NCBI GenBank assembly: GCA_001799255.1 | Contig: MGTC01000035.1 | Location: 65,024 to 120,116 of the forward strand | Direction: 5' to 3' | DNA from: Deltaproteobacteria bacterium RIFOXYD12_FULL_55_16 | GTDB taxonomy: Bacteria; Desulfobacterota; Desulfobulbia; Desulfobulbales; Desulfurivibrionaceae | Length of the DNA: 55,093 bases | Shown here: piece by piece, positions 9,491 through 18,347 of the stretch | Layout: the number at the start of each line of letters is the position of its first letter | Numbering within the stretch: position 1 is the first letter of the stretch | Program-made: the position numbers and the translations under genes | Notes under the pieces: generated by a model | Told to the model about the DNA's origin: nothing | Databases searched by the model: none | Seen by the model: only the letters and a program-made list of their open reading frames with translations

Positions 9491-10762
9491 TCAAACATGA
9501 CACTTCTCGCACAACTTGTTCTGATTAACGGCGAAGCGTTCGGGCAGCCTGTCGTAATAGGCCCGCCTGGTTTCGCTCTCGCTGCGGCCCATGTGGTATT
9601 CAGGCGGCGCCCCATTGTTGTTGCCGGGGTAGTTGCCGTTATAGGTCAGCAGAGAAGATTCGTTGTTCCAGCGCAGGGCGTAGCGCCAGCCCGAGGCGTG
9701 CGCCCGATGGCAGGTAAGGCAGCCAACCCGATCCTGACTGGTGGGGCCAGCCAGATTAGCATCGTTGGAACGAGCCATGGCGGCCAGGGCGTTACGATCA
9801 GCCGCGCTGTTCCCCAGATAAGACTCAAACGGCAATAAGGACAGGAAGGCAGCGGTGCCTGTCCCGGAAAGGTCGCCGGTCTTGAGGTAGGCATTATAAC
9901 GAGTGGCGATCACGCTGCCGAGCGTCCCTTCCACCGGATGGGTAAAACGGGTGCCAACATGACCGGTAATGGAGCCGTGGCAGTTGACACACCAGGAGGC
10001 GACCCCGTTCCCATAGGCAACCCTGGTCTGGGTTACAGTTTCGCTGCGGTTGTAATCCGTAGGCGACATGGCTGCCGGCGGGTCATAGTTGAAAACCGGC
10101 GCCGAAACCAAGGGCGGCGGCTTATAGCCAGTCCCGGCCAGCAGCCGATAGACGCCGACCGCCCTGCCTGCCTGGGAGGGATTGGCGGCAATGCCGTTGT
10201 CGCTGTAGGAGCCTGATGATTGAATCGCGCCGCCGCTGATGCCAACAGTGCTGTCAAAGCGCACCCGATACAGACCGTGGGGATCGTGACAACTGATGCA
10301 GTGCAGACTGTTGGCCGGATAGGTACCGCCCGGCGCCGTGCTGTTGAGGTTATCCACCTGATAGCCGAATTCAGAGGAGATGATGTTGTGACCATGACGA
10401 TCACCATGTTCATTCTGAATGGTGCCATACAGCCAGGAATAGCTCTTCTTCAGCCAGGCAAAATCACCGCCGGGAGTCATCATCTGCGGGGGCAGCCCGA
10501 CCACGAGCGCCGAACCGGCCGTGGACACCCGGTAGCTCGAAATAGTGGTGCCCTCATGACAGTTGAGACAGATCGTACTGAAACCGGCCGCCTGGAGCAG
10601 ATAGGGATTGGCCGTGCCACCAGACTGATTGTGCATGGTATGACAGCCTTCGCAGAGCGCGCTCCCACCGTTATGAAACGCTCTGGCCGGAAGCGCGGCC
10701 AGAAGCAGGCAGGCAACAAGAGCAAAAAGCGCTGTTTTTCTTCTGGCAGAAATAGGCATCAT
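9491..10762 (-). CDS. OmcS/OmcT-family hexaheme c-type cytochrome (paralogue)
   Basis: Signal peptide, then FHNGGSALCEGCHTMH; 6 CxxCH; GGDF, GHNI, CHDPHG, HP, CLTCHRAHASG...RW. Confidence 0.9.
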   Translation of the reverse strand: MMPISARRKTALFALVACLLLAALPARAFHNGGSALCEGCHTMHNQSGGTANPYLLQAAGFSTICLNCHEGTTISSYRVSTAGSALVVGLPPQMMTPGGDFAWLKKSYSWLYGTIQNEHGDRHGHNIISSEFGYQVDNLNSTAPGGTYPANSLHCISCHDPHGLYRVRFDSTVGISGGAIQSSGSYSDNGIAANPSQAGRAVGVYRLLAGTGYKPPPLVSAPVFNYDPPAAMSPTDYNRSETVTQTRVAYGNGVASWCVNCHGSITGHVGTRFTHPVEGTLGSVIATRYNAYLKTGDLSGTGTAAFLSLLPFESYLGNSAADRNALAAMARSNDANLAGPTSQDRVGCLTCHRAHASGWRYALRWNNESSLLTYNGNYPGNNNGAPPEYHMGRSESETRRAYYDRLPERFAVNQNKLCEKCHV

Positions 10763-10858
10763 GGTTGACTCAGGTTGGGATTGCGCAGGATACCGCGTCC
10801 TGCTGGCGTCCACAGCTGATTTGTCCGGCCAGAGTTCACGGTTAGAGGGCCACCCGCC

Positions 10859-11764
10859 CTACCTCGCCATCCGGTAAATCTGAACCCGGTTGTTGTCACG
10901 ATCAGCAATAACCGCCTCATCATTATCCGTAAGGCAGAGTTGGCAGGGATAATAGAGCAGTCCGGCCTTCCAGCCCATCTCCAGTTGCCGCCCCCGGTAG
11001 TAACCGTCCTGCCCGATCTTGACGATGCCGGCCCCGTTACGATCCACCACCAGCAAACCACCCCGGCCATCCGAGGTGAGATTGGTCGGAAAGGTCGCAT
11101 ACTGACGGAGATCATTGGTAAGTGGAGAGAAGGTCTTCGCCCCCCTGGCGGCAGCGTGGACAGCCGCATTGACACTGTCCAGAACAAAAACCGTTCCTTT
11201 GGGATCAAGGGCCACATCGGCAAAGGCCTTGCCCTGCTTGGGCAGGGGAATTTCCCGCTGAAAAGCGCCGACCGGATTAGTGACAATGACCCGCTTGCCA
11301 AACAGATCAAGAAGATAAAGATTATCCTCCGCATCCAGGGCAAAGGCCCGCACCATCAGCGTGGAACCGCCGGGCACGCCCTGGGGCTGCACCATTCCCA
11401 GCACCTTGCCCTCCGCATCAAGGCGGACGATGCGACGCGACTGGCCGTCCAGAACCAGAATCTCTCCCTTGCTACTGAAATGAACCTGCATAGGACGAGC
11501 AGCCTGCGGGATAACAATCACCAGCCCCCCGTCAAGTTCACCTCGGGTTAGGACGAAGCGCAACAACCGGCCATTGCCGGTGTCAGCAACAACAAAGGTC
11601 TTGTCGCGGTAGGCCACGCCTTCTGGATGGAGTAATTTTACCCCCTTGCCGTCCGCCTGGATAGCGCGGTCATAGGTCAGACGGAAGGATTCCGCTCCCT
11701 GGCCGACATGCGGCCAGAAGAACAGGACAGCGAGAATCATTGGAAGCACCATTTTCTTGGTCAC
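10859..11764 (-). CDS. NHL-repeat beta-propeller protein, exported
   Basis: Signal peptide; repeats such as PEGVA...VADTGNGR and ADRDNNRVQIY. Confidence 0.85.
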   Translation of the reverse strand: MTKKMVLPMILAVLFFWPHVGQGAESFRLTYDRAIQADGKGVKLLHPEGVAYRDKTFVVADTGNGRLLRFVLTRGELDGGLVIVIPQAARPMQVHFSSKGEILVLDGQSRRIVRLDAEGKVLGMVQPQGVPGGSTLMVRAFALDAEDNLYLLDLFGKRVIVTNPVGAFQREIPLPKQGKAFADVALDPKGTVFVLDSVNAAVHAAARGAKTFSPLTNDLRQYATFPTNLTSDGRGGLLVVDRNGAGIVKIGQDGYYRGRQLEMGWKAGLLYYPCQLCLTDNDEAVIADRDNNRVQIYRMAR

Positions 11765-11803
11765 GAAATTATCTCCTTAAGTAAGACGAAAAGCTTGCTG
11801 TTC

Positions 11804-13084
11804 TTATCTCCTGAGCTGTTCATGGCACTGGACGCAGAGGTTGGTCACGGTGGGAAAGGGAATCATCTTGGCAAATTCCGTCCCGTGGGAACGATGACAG
11901 CTCAGGCAGTCCATCTTCAGATTGGAATTGCGCATGTCATTGTACTTGTCACCGATAGGATGCGTGGAATGCTTCATCCATTCATGACAGGTGCCGCACA
12001 TGGCAATAACGGAGGGCTCTTTCAACAGAAAGGGGTTGGACGAGGCATGCGGATTGTGGCAGGCTGCGCACTCCCCCTTTTGAACAGGCTGATGCTTGGC
12101 AGGTGAGCGCTCCTGACGTTTGATCGTGTCGCTGTGACAACTGCCGCAGACCTTCAGCATCGAACCCTTGATCAGCTTGGAAGCCCTGGAGGCATGGGGA
12201 TCATGACAATCCAGACAGCCGTTGCCGCCAGCCACCGGCCAGTGGATGCGTTCGGCGATAAAGATTTTATTGACCAGCTCGTTGTGGCAGCCCCGGCAGA
12301 GCTCAAAGCCCTTGCGCTTGAGAGCCAGAGGGGTAGCTGAGGTGGCCTCCTCATGACACTGGTTGCACATCTTTTTCGCCACCGGGGAATGAACCTCATC
12401 ATAGAGGATGGCCTTGCGGTTGGAACCGTGCGGATCATGACATTTCACACAGGAAACCTGGGCCACGGGATAGCCCATATGCACGGCGCTGAACTTCTTG
12501 CCTGCGGTATCGTGGCATTTGCTGCACAGGGCAGGCGGATCAGCGCTCAAAAGAAAGTCGCCCCCTTTGGAGCTGTGCGGGTTATGGCAGGCAGTACAGT
12601 CTGCCACCGGCTTGTGGGGAAACTTCTGGCTCTTAAGGGCGTCGGCCACACTCTGATGACAGCCGAAACAGAGCTCCTTGCCGCTACGAAGCAGATTGTT
12701 CTTGTTGTCAGAGGCATGGGCATCATGACAGAGGGCGCAACTGCCGTCCACCACCACCTTATGCGTGCTGCGGGCATCCTTGACAATCATGCTGCTATGA
12801 CAGAGCGAACAGATCTCGCCCTTGGCCGCGGCCAGCAACTTGCCATGATCCGAGGTGTGGGGATTGTGGCAACCGGCGCAATCCCCGCTCTTTACCGGAG
12901 TATGAACAAATTTTTTGGCAATCTTGTCAGGCAGATCCACATGACAGCCAAGACAGATCTTGCCGCTGGCTCCCGGCAGGAGCTTAAAATCCCCCTTTTT
13001 AGGCGCGGACGCGCCATAGGCAGTCAAGGGTAAAAGAAGCAGAACAGGAAGGACTCTTCTGATAATTTTCAATCGCAGATTCAT
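11804..13084 (-). CDS. 16-heme c-type cytochrome (doubled-CXXCH repeat family)
   Basis: 16 CxxCH counted, in H-x-P...CxxCH-x-PH...LCxxCH units; signal peptide from MNLRL. Confidence 0.9.
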   Translation of the reverse strand: MNLRLKIIRRVLPVLLLLPLTAYGASAPKKGDFKLLPGASGKICLGCHVDLPDKIAKKFVHTPVKSGDCAGCHNPHTSDHGKLLAAAKGEICSLCHSSMIVKDARSTHKVVVDGSCALCHDAHASDNKNNLLRSGKELCFGCHQSVADALKSQKFPHKPVADCTACHNPHSSKGGDFLLSADPPALCSKCHDTAGKKFSAVHMGYPVAQVSCVKCHDPHGSNRKAILYDEVHSPVAKKMCNQCHEEATSATPLALKRKGFELCRGCHNELVNKIFIAERIHWPVAGGNGCLDCHDPHASRASKLIKGSMLKVCGSCHSDTIKRQERSPAKHQPVQKGECAACHNPHASSNPFLLKEPSVIAMCGTCHEWMKHSTHPIGDKYNDMRNSNLKMDCLSCHRSHGTEFAKMIPFPTVTNLCVQCHEQLRR

Positions 13085-13112
13085 ACTGGTTCTCTCTCTC
13101 GTTCTGGGCGGA

Positions 13113-15089
13113 CTATTTCGCCACCGTATGACATTCATTACAGGATCTGCCGGCAAATGGAGCATGCACCGTCTGCCGGAAAAACTTGGGATCCTTGGAG
13201 GAATGGGGATCATGACATTTCTGGCAGGTCATGATCTTGGGATCGATGCCAAGATGGTTTTTCCCAAAATTGGCGTCTGTCAACTCATGACACTGCGCAC
13301 ACAACTGGTTAACCGGCTGGCTCAGGAGGGAGACTTCCTTGGAAGCGTGGGGCTGATGGCAGCCTCCGCAGCTTTCCGTGGCCGGAAAGTGGATCTTCTC
13401 GCCCTTGAGCTTGGCGCCCATCTTCTTGTGGCAAGCCAGACACATCTCCGTCCCCGTAACCAGCAGCAGCTTTTCCTGCTTGGCATAATGCGGACTGTGA
13501 CATTTGCTGCATTCACCGTTCACCAGCGGCGCGTGCTTGCTGCGCCCTTCCTGCAGGGCCTTATCCACCTTGGCATGACAACCTCCACACAACTCCTGCT
13601 GGGGCTTCTGCGTCATGCCCTTGTGACTGCTGGCATGAGGGTTGTGACAGACCATGCAGTCGTTTTTCACAAAGGGCGGATGGTTGGACTTGGCATTCTT
13701 CACCCCCATAAGATTATCGTGACATTTCCGGCACAGCTCTGCGGGCGGGGCCTTGAGCAGAGCCGACAGGGCAGTGCCATGGGCATCGTGACAGGCGCCG
13801 CAAAGCGAGGTGGCCACCGGCTGATGGACGAAGGTCTTGGCAAACCTGGTCTCGGCGTCGGCGTGACAGCTGTAGCAGAGACTGTCCATGCGCATCGTCA
13901 GCATGCCCGGCATGTTGGAGCCATGAGGCGCATGACAGGTGCCGCACATATTGTCGGCAAAGGGAGGATGCACCTTGGCCACCTTCTGCTTCAAGGCGGT
14001 GGCGGCATGGCAGGAGAAGCACAGTTCACTCTGACTCTTCACCAGCAGTTTCTTCTGCGAAGCGGCATGGGGCTTGTGGCAGGAGAGGCAGCCTTCCTTT
14101 TCCGTCATGGCCTTATGCGGAACGCTGACCTTCTGGGCCTTTTCATCATGGCAGGTAAAACAGACCTTATTGCCCTTGGCCGTTAGCAGCTTGGCATTGC
14201 GCGCCGTGTGCGGGTCATGACAGGACAGACATTCTCCTGCGGCAAAGGGCGCATGCTCCTGGGTGCCCCCACCCTTCATGGCTTTCTCGTCGTGACACTG
14301 ATAACAGAGTTTCCCCCCTGAACTCCCGGTGGCAAAGGGCTTTCCCTCCGAAGCCGGATTATGGCAGGCGTCGCAGCTTCCTTCCTGCAGGGCCGAATGG
14401 AGCCCGCCAAGCAGCAGGCCCTTGGCCGGGGAAGAATGGGAGAGATGGCAGCCGGAACAGATAGCCTGTTCCACCGGATAACCGCCGTGCGCCTTCTTGA
14501 AGGAGGCCTTGCCGCTTTCATGACAGGTAAGGCAGAGCTGCGGTTCATCCTTGATCAGCAGATTTTTCTGATCAGAGCCATGAGCCAGATGGCAGGAGCC
14601 GCATCCCTCTTGAGCCAGGGGCGCATGCTGGACCTTTTGCGTAAAGACAGCCTTGTCATGGCAAGTAAAGCAGAGCTGGGCAGTGTCCGCGCTCTTGAGC
14701 AGATGCGGGGCGTCTGAGCCATGGGGATTATGACAGGAGATGCACTTGCCATCCTTGAGCGCGGTATGGACATTCTTTTTGTCCATGCCAATACTCGCCT
14801 TGCTGTGGCAACGGATACAGAGCTTGTTGCCCGTATCCTTCAGGAGCTTCTGGGGAACCCGGCCATGGCGCAGATGACATTCCGTGCATTTCCCCTCCTT
14901 GACCATGGAATGGAGGCTCTTCTTGCCCAGATAGGCGCTGCTGAACTTCTGATGACAGTCCAGACACCCTTTTGCGACAAACTTGCTCGCCGCCTCGGTG
15001 GAACTGGTAAAGACCGCTGGCACAAGACTGAAAATCACCAATGCCCAGAGGCCGATAACAGACCTGTTTGTTTGCTGCCAGAAACGCAT
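13113..15089 (-). CDS. 26-heme c-type cytochrome (doubled-CXXCH repeat family)
   Basis: 26 CxxCH counted; signal peptide; GAGGA RBS. Confidence 0.92.
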   Translation of the reverse strand: MRFWQQTNRSVIGLWALVIFSLVPAVFTSSTEAASKFVAKGCLDCHQKFSSAYLGKKSLHSMVKEGKCTECHLRHGRVPQKLLKDTGNKLCIRCHSKASIGMDKKNVHTALKDGKCISCHNPHGSDAPHLLKSADTAQLCFTCHDKAVFTQKVQHAPLAQEGCGSCHLAHGSDQKNLLIKDEPQLCLTCHESGKASFKKAHGGYPVEQAICSGCHLSHSSPAKGLLLGGLHSALQEGSCDACHNPASEGKPFATGSSGGKLCYQCHDEKAMKGGGTQEHAPFAAGECLSCHDPHTARNAKLLTAKGNKVCFTCHDEKAQKVSVPHKAMTEKEGCLSCHKPHAASQKKLLVKSQSELCFSCHAATALKQKVAKVHPPFADNMCGTCHAPHGSNMPGMLTMRMDSLCYSCHADAETRFAKTFVHQPVATSLCGACHDAHGTALSALLKAPPAELCRKCHDNLMGVKNAKSNHPPFVKNDCMVCHNPHASSHKGMTQKPQQELCGGCHAKVDKALQEGRSKHAPLVNGECSKCHSPHYAKQEKLLLVTGTEMCLACHKKMGAKLKGEKIHFPATESCGGCHQPHASKEVSLLSQPVNQLCAQCHELTDANFGKNHLGIDPKIMTCQKCHDPHSSKDPKFFRQTVHAPFAGRSCNECHTVAK

Positions 15090-15141
15090 GGCTCTTCCTC
15101 AAGTATTAAATATTTAGATGTTTAGGTGTACAAGCTGAAGA

Positions 15142-15380
15142 AACCTTCAACCTTCAACCTTCAACCTTCAACCTTCAACCTTCAACCTTCAACCTTCAAC
15201 CTTCAACCTTCAACCCTTTGTGGACAGTGTGGACGGGGTGGACGAGGTGGACTTAATAAATCCCTCAGCCCTCAGCCCTCAGCCCTCAGCCTGCTGTTCT
15301 CAGCCCTCAGCCTGCTGTTCTCAGCCCTCAGCCTGCTGTTCTCAGCCTTCAGCCTGCTGTTCTCAGCCCTCAGCCTGCCC
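15142..15380 (+). repeat. Composite repeat, copy 4, with (CTTCAAC)n array and 23-bp tandem repeats
   Basis: About ten ACCTTCA heptamers, GTGGAC 9-mers, repeated CTCAGCCCTCAGCCTGCTGTT units. Confidence 0.85.
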
Positions 15381-17264
15381 TTACAATTCCTTCTTATTAA
15401 ATCCTTTCACATACACCTCCACCTTGTAGACCTTCCGCAGCTTCTTGCCCCAGTCAAGCATCCCCGTGTCCACCTTCTGGTTAAAGACCGTACGCAGTAT
15501 CGTACTCTGCACCGCTTCAAAGGGCTGAACACCTGGCGGAACAAGCTTGTCCACCAGCAGCACATAAAAAAACTCCTTGCCGTCCGCGTAGAGGCGGGAC
15601 TCGCCAAGCGCGGCCCCGACCAGGGCCGAAGAAATATCTTTAGACAGCGTAGAAGCGGCAAACAACTGCCCCTCAAGATCAAGGCGATTAGGAGTGTCTA
15701 CCGGCACCAAACCTTCACTCGTGGACTGCAGCCAATTGAACTCCGTGCCCCGTCTCAGAGAAGCAAGAGCCTCCTGAGCCTTGGCCTGATCGCGAAAAAC
15801 CATACCCCGCAAGCCGATCATTTCCGGCGAAACATAGTCTTTGATATTCTTTTTATAATAGTTGCGCAAATCATCCATGCTAACCTGGATGGAGGGGATC
15901 ACGACCTTCTGCACAAAAGCGCCGAAGATGACGGAATCCTCATACTCCTCCACCTGGCGCTTGAACTCCTCGGTCTGGTCGATGCCCTGCTCTTTGGCCT
16001 CAAGCATCCAGGAGCGTTTTAACAGCTCGTCATTCAGGATCTTGAATCGGTCCTGCTTAATCTTCCCCTGGTCAATGGCATTCTGCACCCCATGGTAATA
16101 CTTGGCCTTCAAGCCCTCTGTCAGATCGCTCACCGTAAAAGGCTCCTCGCCCTTTATTTCCGCCAGCACCCGCTTGTCCTGCCGCAGCGCTTCAAAATCA
16201 GCGCTGAAATCCAGACTATCAAACAGCTTCTGGTCCACAACCACATACTTGAGCAACAGTTTTTGGGTTAGACTCACCAGAGCCTTATTCCCGGCAAAGT
16301 TCTTGGCCCGCTGCTCAGCCTCCCGCCGGAGCTGCGGCTTTTCCGGAAGACGCGTTTCTATAAGCTGAATCACGGCAAACTGCTTATTCTGGGGCAGAAC
16401 CTGCGTTACCTGTCCAGGAGCAAGCAGGATGATGGCTTTTGCCAGTTCCGACTGCATCTCCTGATGGCGGACAAATTCCCCTTCCGCCCCGACCTTTTTT
16501 TCTCCCTTGCCTGCCTCGACAAACCTGGCTGCCAGCTCGTCAAAACTGTCGGCCTCCTGCAACTGACTGGAAAAATCCTGAGCCTCGGCCTCCTCTTTAA
16601 AGAGCATGGCCTTGAGGCGTGATTCACGCGCCATCTCATCATATACGCGCTCAATCTCAAGCGGATCAACCTTGACTACGGCCAGATGCTGCCTGGCCAG
16701 TTCCTGGCGCAGTTTCTGCCTGCGGAAGACATCCACCATCTGGGCTACTTCCGGCACCTGGTCAAGACCAATTTCCCTGGCCTCGCGCACTATGACCAGA
16801 CTGTTGACCAACCGCTCAAAGAGAATGGCCGGATCCTGCTTGGCAACAGTGACCGCGATCTCCCCTTTCTCGTCCAGTTCAGCAGCCAGGGTTTTGCGGA
16901 ACTCGCCCACGGTCAGGGGAAAGGCGTCAATCACCGCCATGGGCAGGGAGGCAAATTTATCATCAATCACCCGCACCTGCGCAGTTACCGTGGCCGTGGC
17001 CGAAGGCTTTTTCTTGCCCGCCCCTTTCTTGACAACGCCTTTTTTCACCAGCACTTCCGACAGATCCTGATCGGCAAGCAAGGGTGAATCCTTAGGAAAC
17101 TCCAGGGTCACCAGCAGATCATCGATCTTTGCGGCCTGCAGGAGAGGAGCATGCTCGTGCATACCTTCCCCGCCGGCAGGCGGCATGGCTGCCACTGGCG
17201 CGACCACCAGCAGTGAGGCGAAAAGAAATGCCGTAAAGAATACAGAGCCTATCGTCTTGCGCAT
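15381..17264 (-). CDS. SurA/PpiC-like periplasmic chaperone / peptidyl-prolyl isomerase
   Basis: Signal peptide; two repeats of SurA-like helical plus rotamase-like segments (EAREIGLD, SFDELAARF, EAKEQGID, PFEAV). Confidence 0.7.
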   Translation of the reverse strand: MRKTIGSVFFTAFLFASLLVVAPVAAMPPAGGEGMHEHAPLLQAAKIDDLLVTLEFPKDSPLLADQDLSEVLVKKGVVKKGAGKKKPSATATVTAQVRVIDDKFASLPMAVIDAFPLTVGEFRKTLAAELDEKGEIAVTVAKQDPAILFERLVNSLVIVREAREIGLDQVPEVAQMVDVFRRQKLRQELARQHLAVVKVDPLEIERVYDEMARESRLKAMLFKEEAEAQDFSSQLQEADSFDELAARFVEAGKGEKKVGAEGEFVRHQEMQSELAKAIILLAPGQVTQVLPQNKQFAVIQLIETRLPEKPQLRREAEQRAKNFAGNKALVSLTQKLLLKYVVVDQKLFDSLDFSADFEALRQDKRVLAEIKGEEPFTVSDLTEGLKAKYYHGVQNAIDQGKIKQDRFKILNDELLKRSWMLEAKEQGIDQTEEFKRQVEEYEDSVIFGAFVQKVVIPSIQVSMDDLRNYYKKNIKDYVSPEMIGLRGMVFRDQAKAQEALASLRRGTEFNWLQSTSEGLVPVDTPNRLDLEGQLFAASTLSKDISSALVGAALGESRLYADGKEFFYVLLVDKLVPPGVQPFEAVQSTILRTVFNQKVDTGMLDWGKKLRKVYKVEVYVKGFNKKEL

Positions 17265-17445
17265 GAAATACCTCAGGTTTAGATTTGTTGAAATCGCTGT
17301 CAATCATCAGCAGAAGTGCCGATAACAAGCCGCGATTACAACGGGTATTAGTTGGTAACTCGTTAATTTCGTGTCACAATCCTGTAAACTTTTTCCTTTC
17401 TTGCGAGTGTATCATATTTCTGGGTTCAACAGTTCAGGTGTCAGT

Positions 17446-18069
17446 CTATTTCACTGCAAACAGGCGATCAAGAAGGTCCTGACAAACTCTTCTCGTTATT
17501 TCATCCATAGGTTGGCCACCGCCACCAAACAGGCGGTCGGTAAAGGAAATCCCTCCCCTGGTGGCAGAACCGGTCCAGACCACGGCGCCGGACTCCTTGT
17601 CCAGCATCTGCAGGCTCAAGGACATGACGTTGGCGGTGGCTGAGGCAAGGCGAACCTCACCATACTCCCGCACCACGCCGGTAATCACCGCATCCACCTG
17701 GGTTATGCCGGCAAACTTCTTGACCTCCTCCAGCGACGGCTGGGACGGGATAACCATATTGACACGATTGATGCCCCTGGCCGTTTCTCCCGGCGGCACA
17801 ACATAAATACCGCCATCCGCCAGCAGCATGGTGGTGAAGGTATCGCGCGCCCGTTCCGCAGCCGCCTGATCCTTGGACAGATTAAAAAAGGGCAGGACAG
17901 CCACGGTCTTCACGGAAGCAAAATCCATCAAGGGATCATGAAAGGTATCGCCCACAAGGGTATTGCCCACCCAAGCGCAGCCGCCGGAAAAAAGGAGCAA
18001 CAGCAAAAAAACCGACATGGGGCCGAAAAGGGATTTTCTTAATCCGCACATCTTGCTCGTCAGTAACAT
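17446..18069 (-). CDS. PelC/CsgG-like lipoprotein
   Basis: Lipobox SGGC; VAVLPFFN...VDAVITGVVREY...SG.VVW signature. Confidence 0.7.
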   Translation of the reverse strand: MLLTSKMCGLRKSLFGPMSVFLLLLLFSGGCAWVGNTLVGDTFHDPLMDFASVKTVAVLPFFNLSKDQAAAERARDTFTTMLLADGGIYVVPPGETARGINRVNMVIPSQPSLEEVKKFAGITQVDAVITGVVREYGEVRLASATANVMSLSLQMLDKESGAVVWTGSATRGGISFTDRLFGGGGQPMDEITRRVCQDLLDRLFAVK

Positions 18070-18159
18070 TTCTTTAATTTCCTTCCTCAAATAATGTGTT
18101 AAAAATACCGACAATACCCATGAAGCACAAGAGAAATCTATAAACTACTCTCAGGCGGA

Positions 18160-18347
18160 GGGCTGAGAACAGCAGGCTGAAGGCTGAAGGCTGAAGTAAA
18201 AGCTAAAACTCCATCCTCAACTCTCAACTTTCAACTTTTTGTGGACAGTGTGGACGGGGTGGACGACTAACTAAGTTCCAATCACTCAGCCCTCAGCACT
18301 CCGCACTCATCCCTCAGCCTGCTGTTCTCAGCCCTCAGCCTGCTGTT
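18160..18347 (+). repeat. Composite repeat, copy 5
   Basis: GTGGACAGTGTGGACGGGGTGGAC...AGTTCCAATCACTCAGCCC with flanking heptamers. Confidence 0.8.

Noticed and set aside
15126-15429. ORFs such as PSTFNLQ..., SALS..., VDGVD... (also 893..1162, 25332..25706, 30402..30824)
   Set aside because: Translations of 7- and 9-nt tandem repeats, not genes
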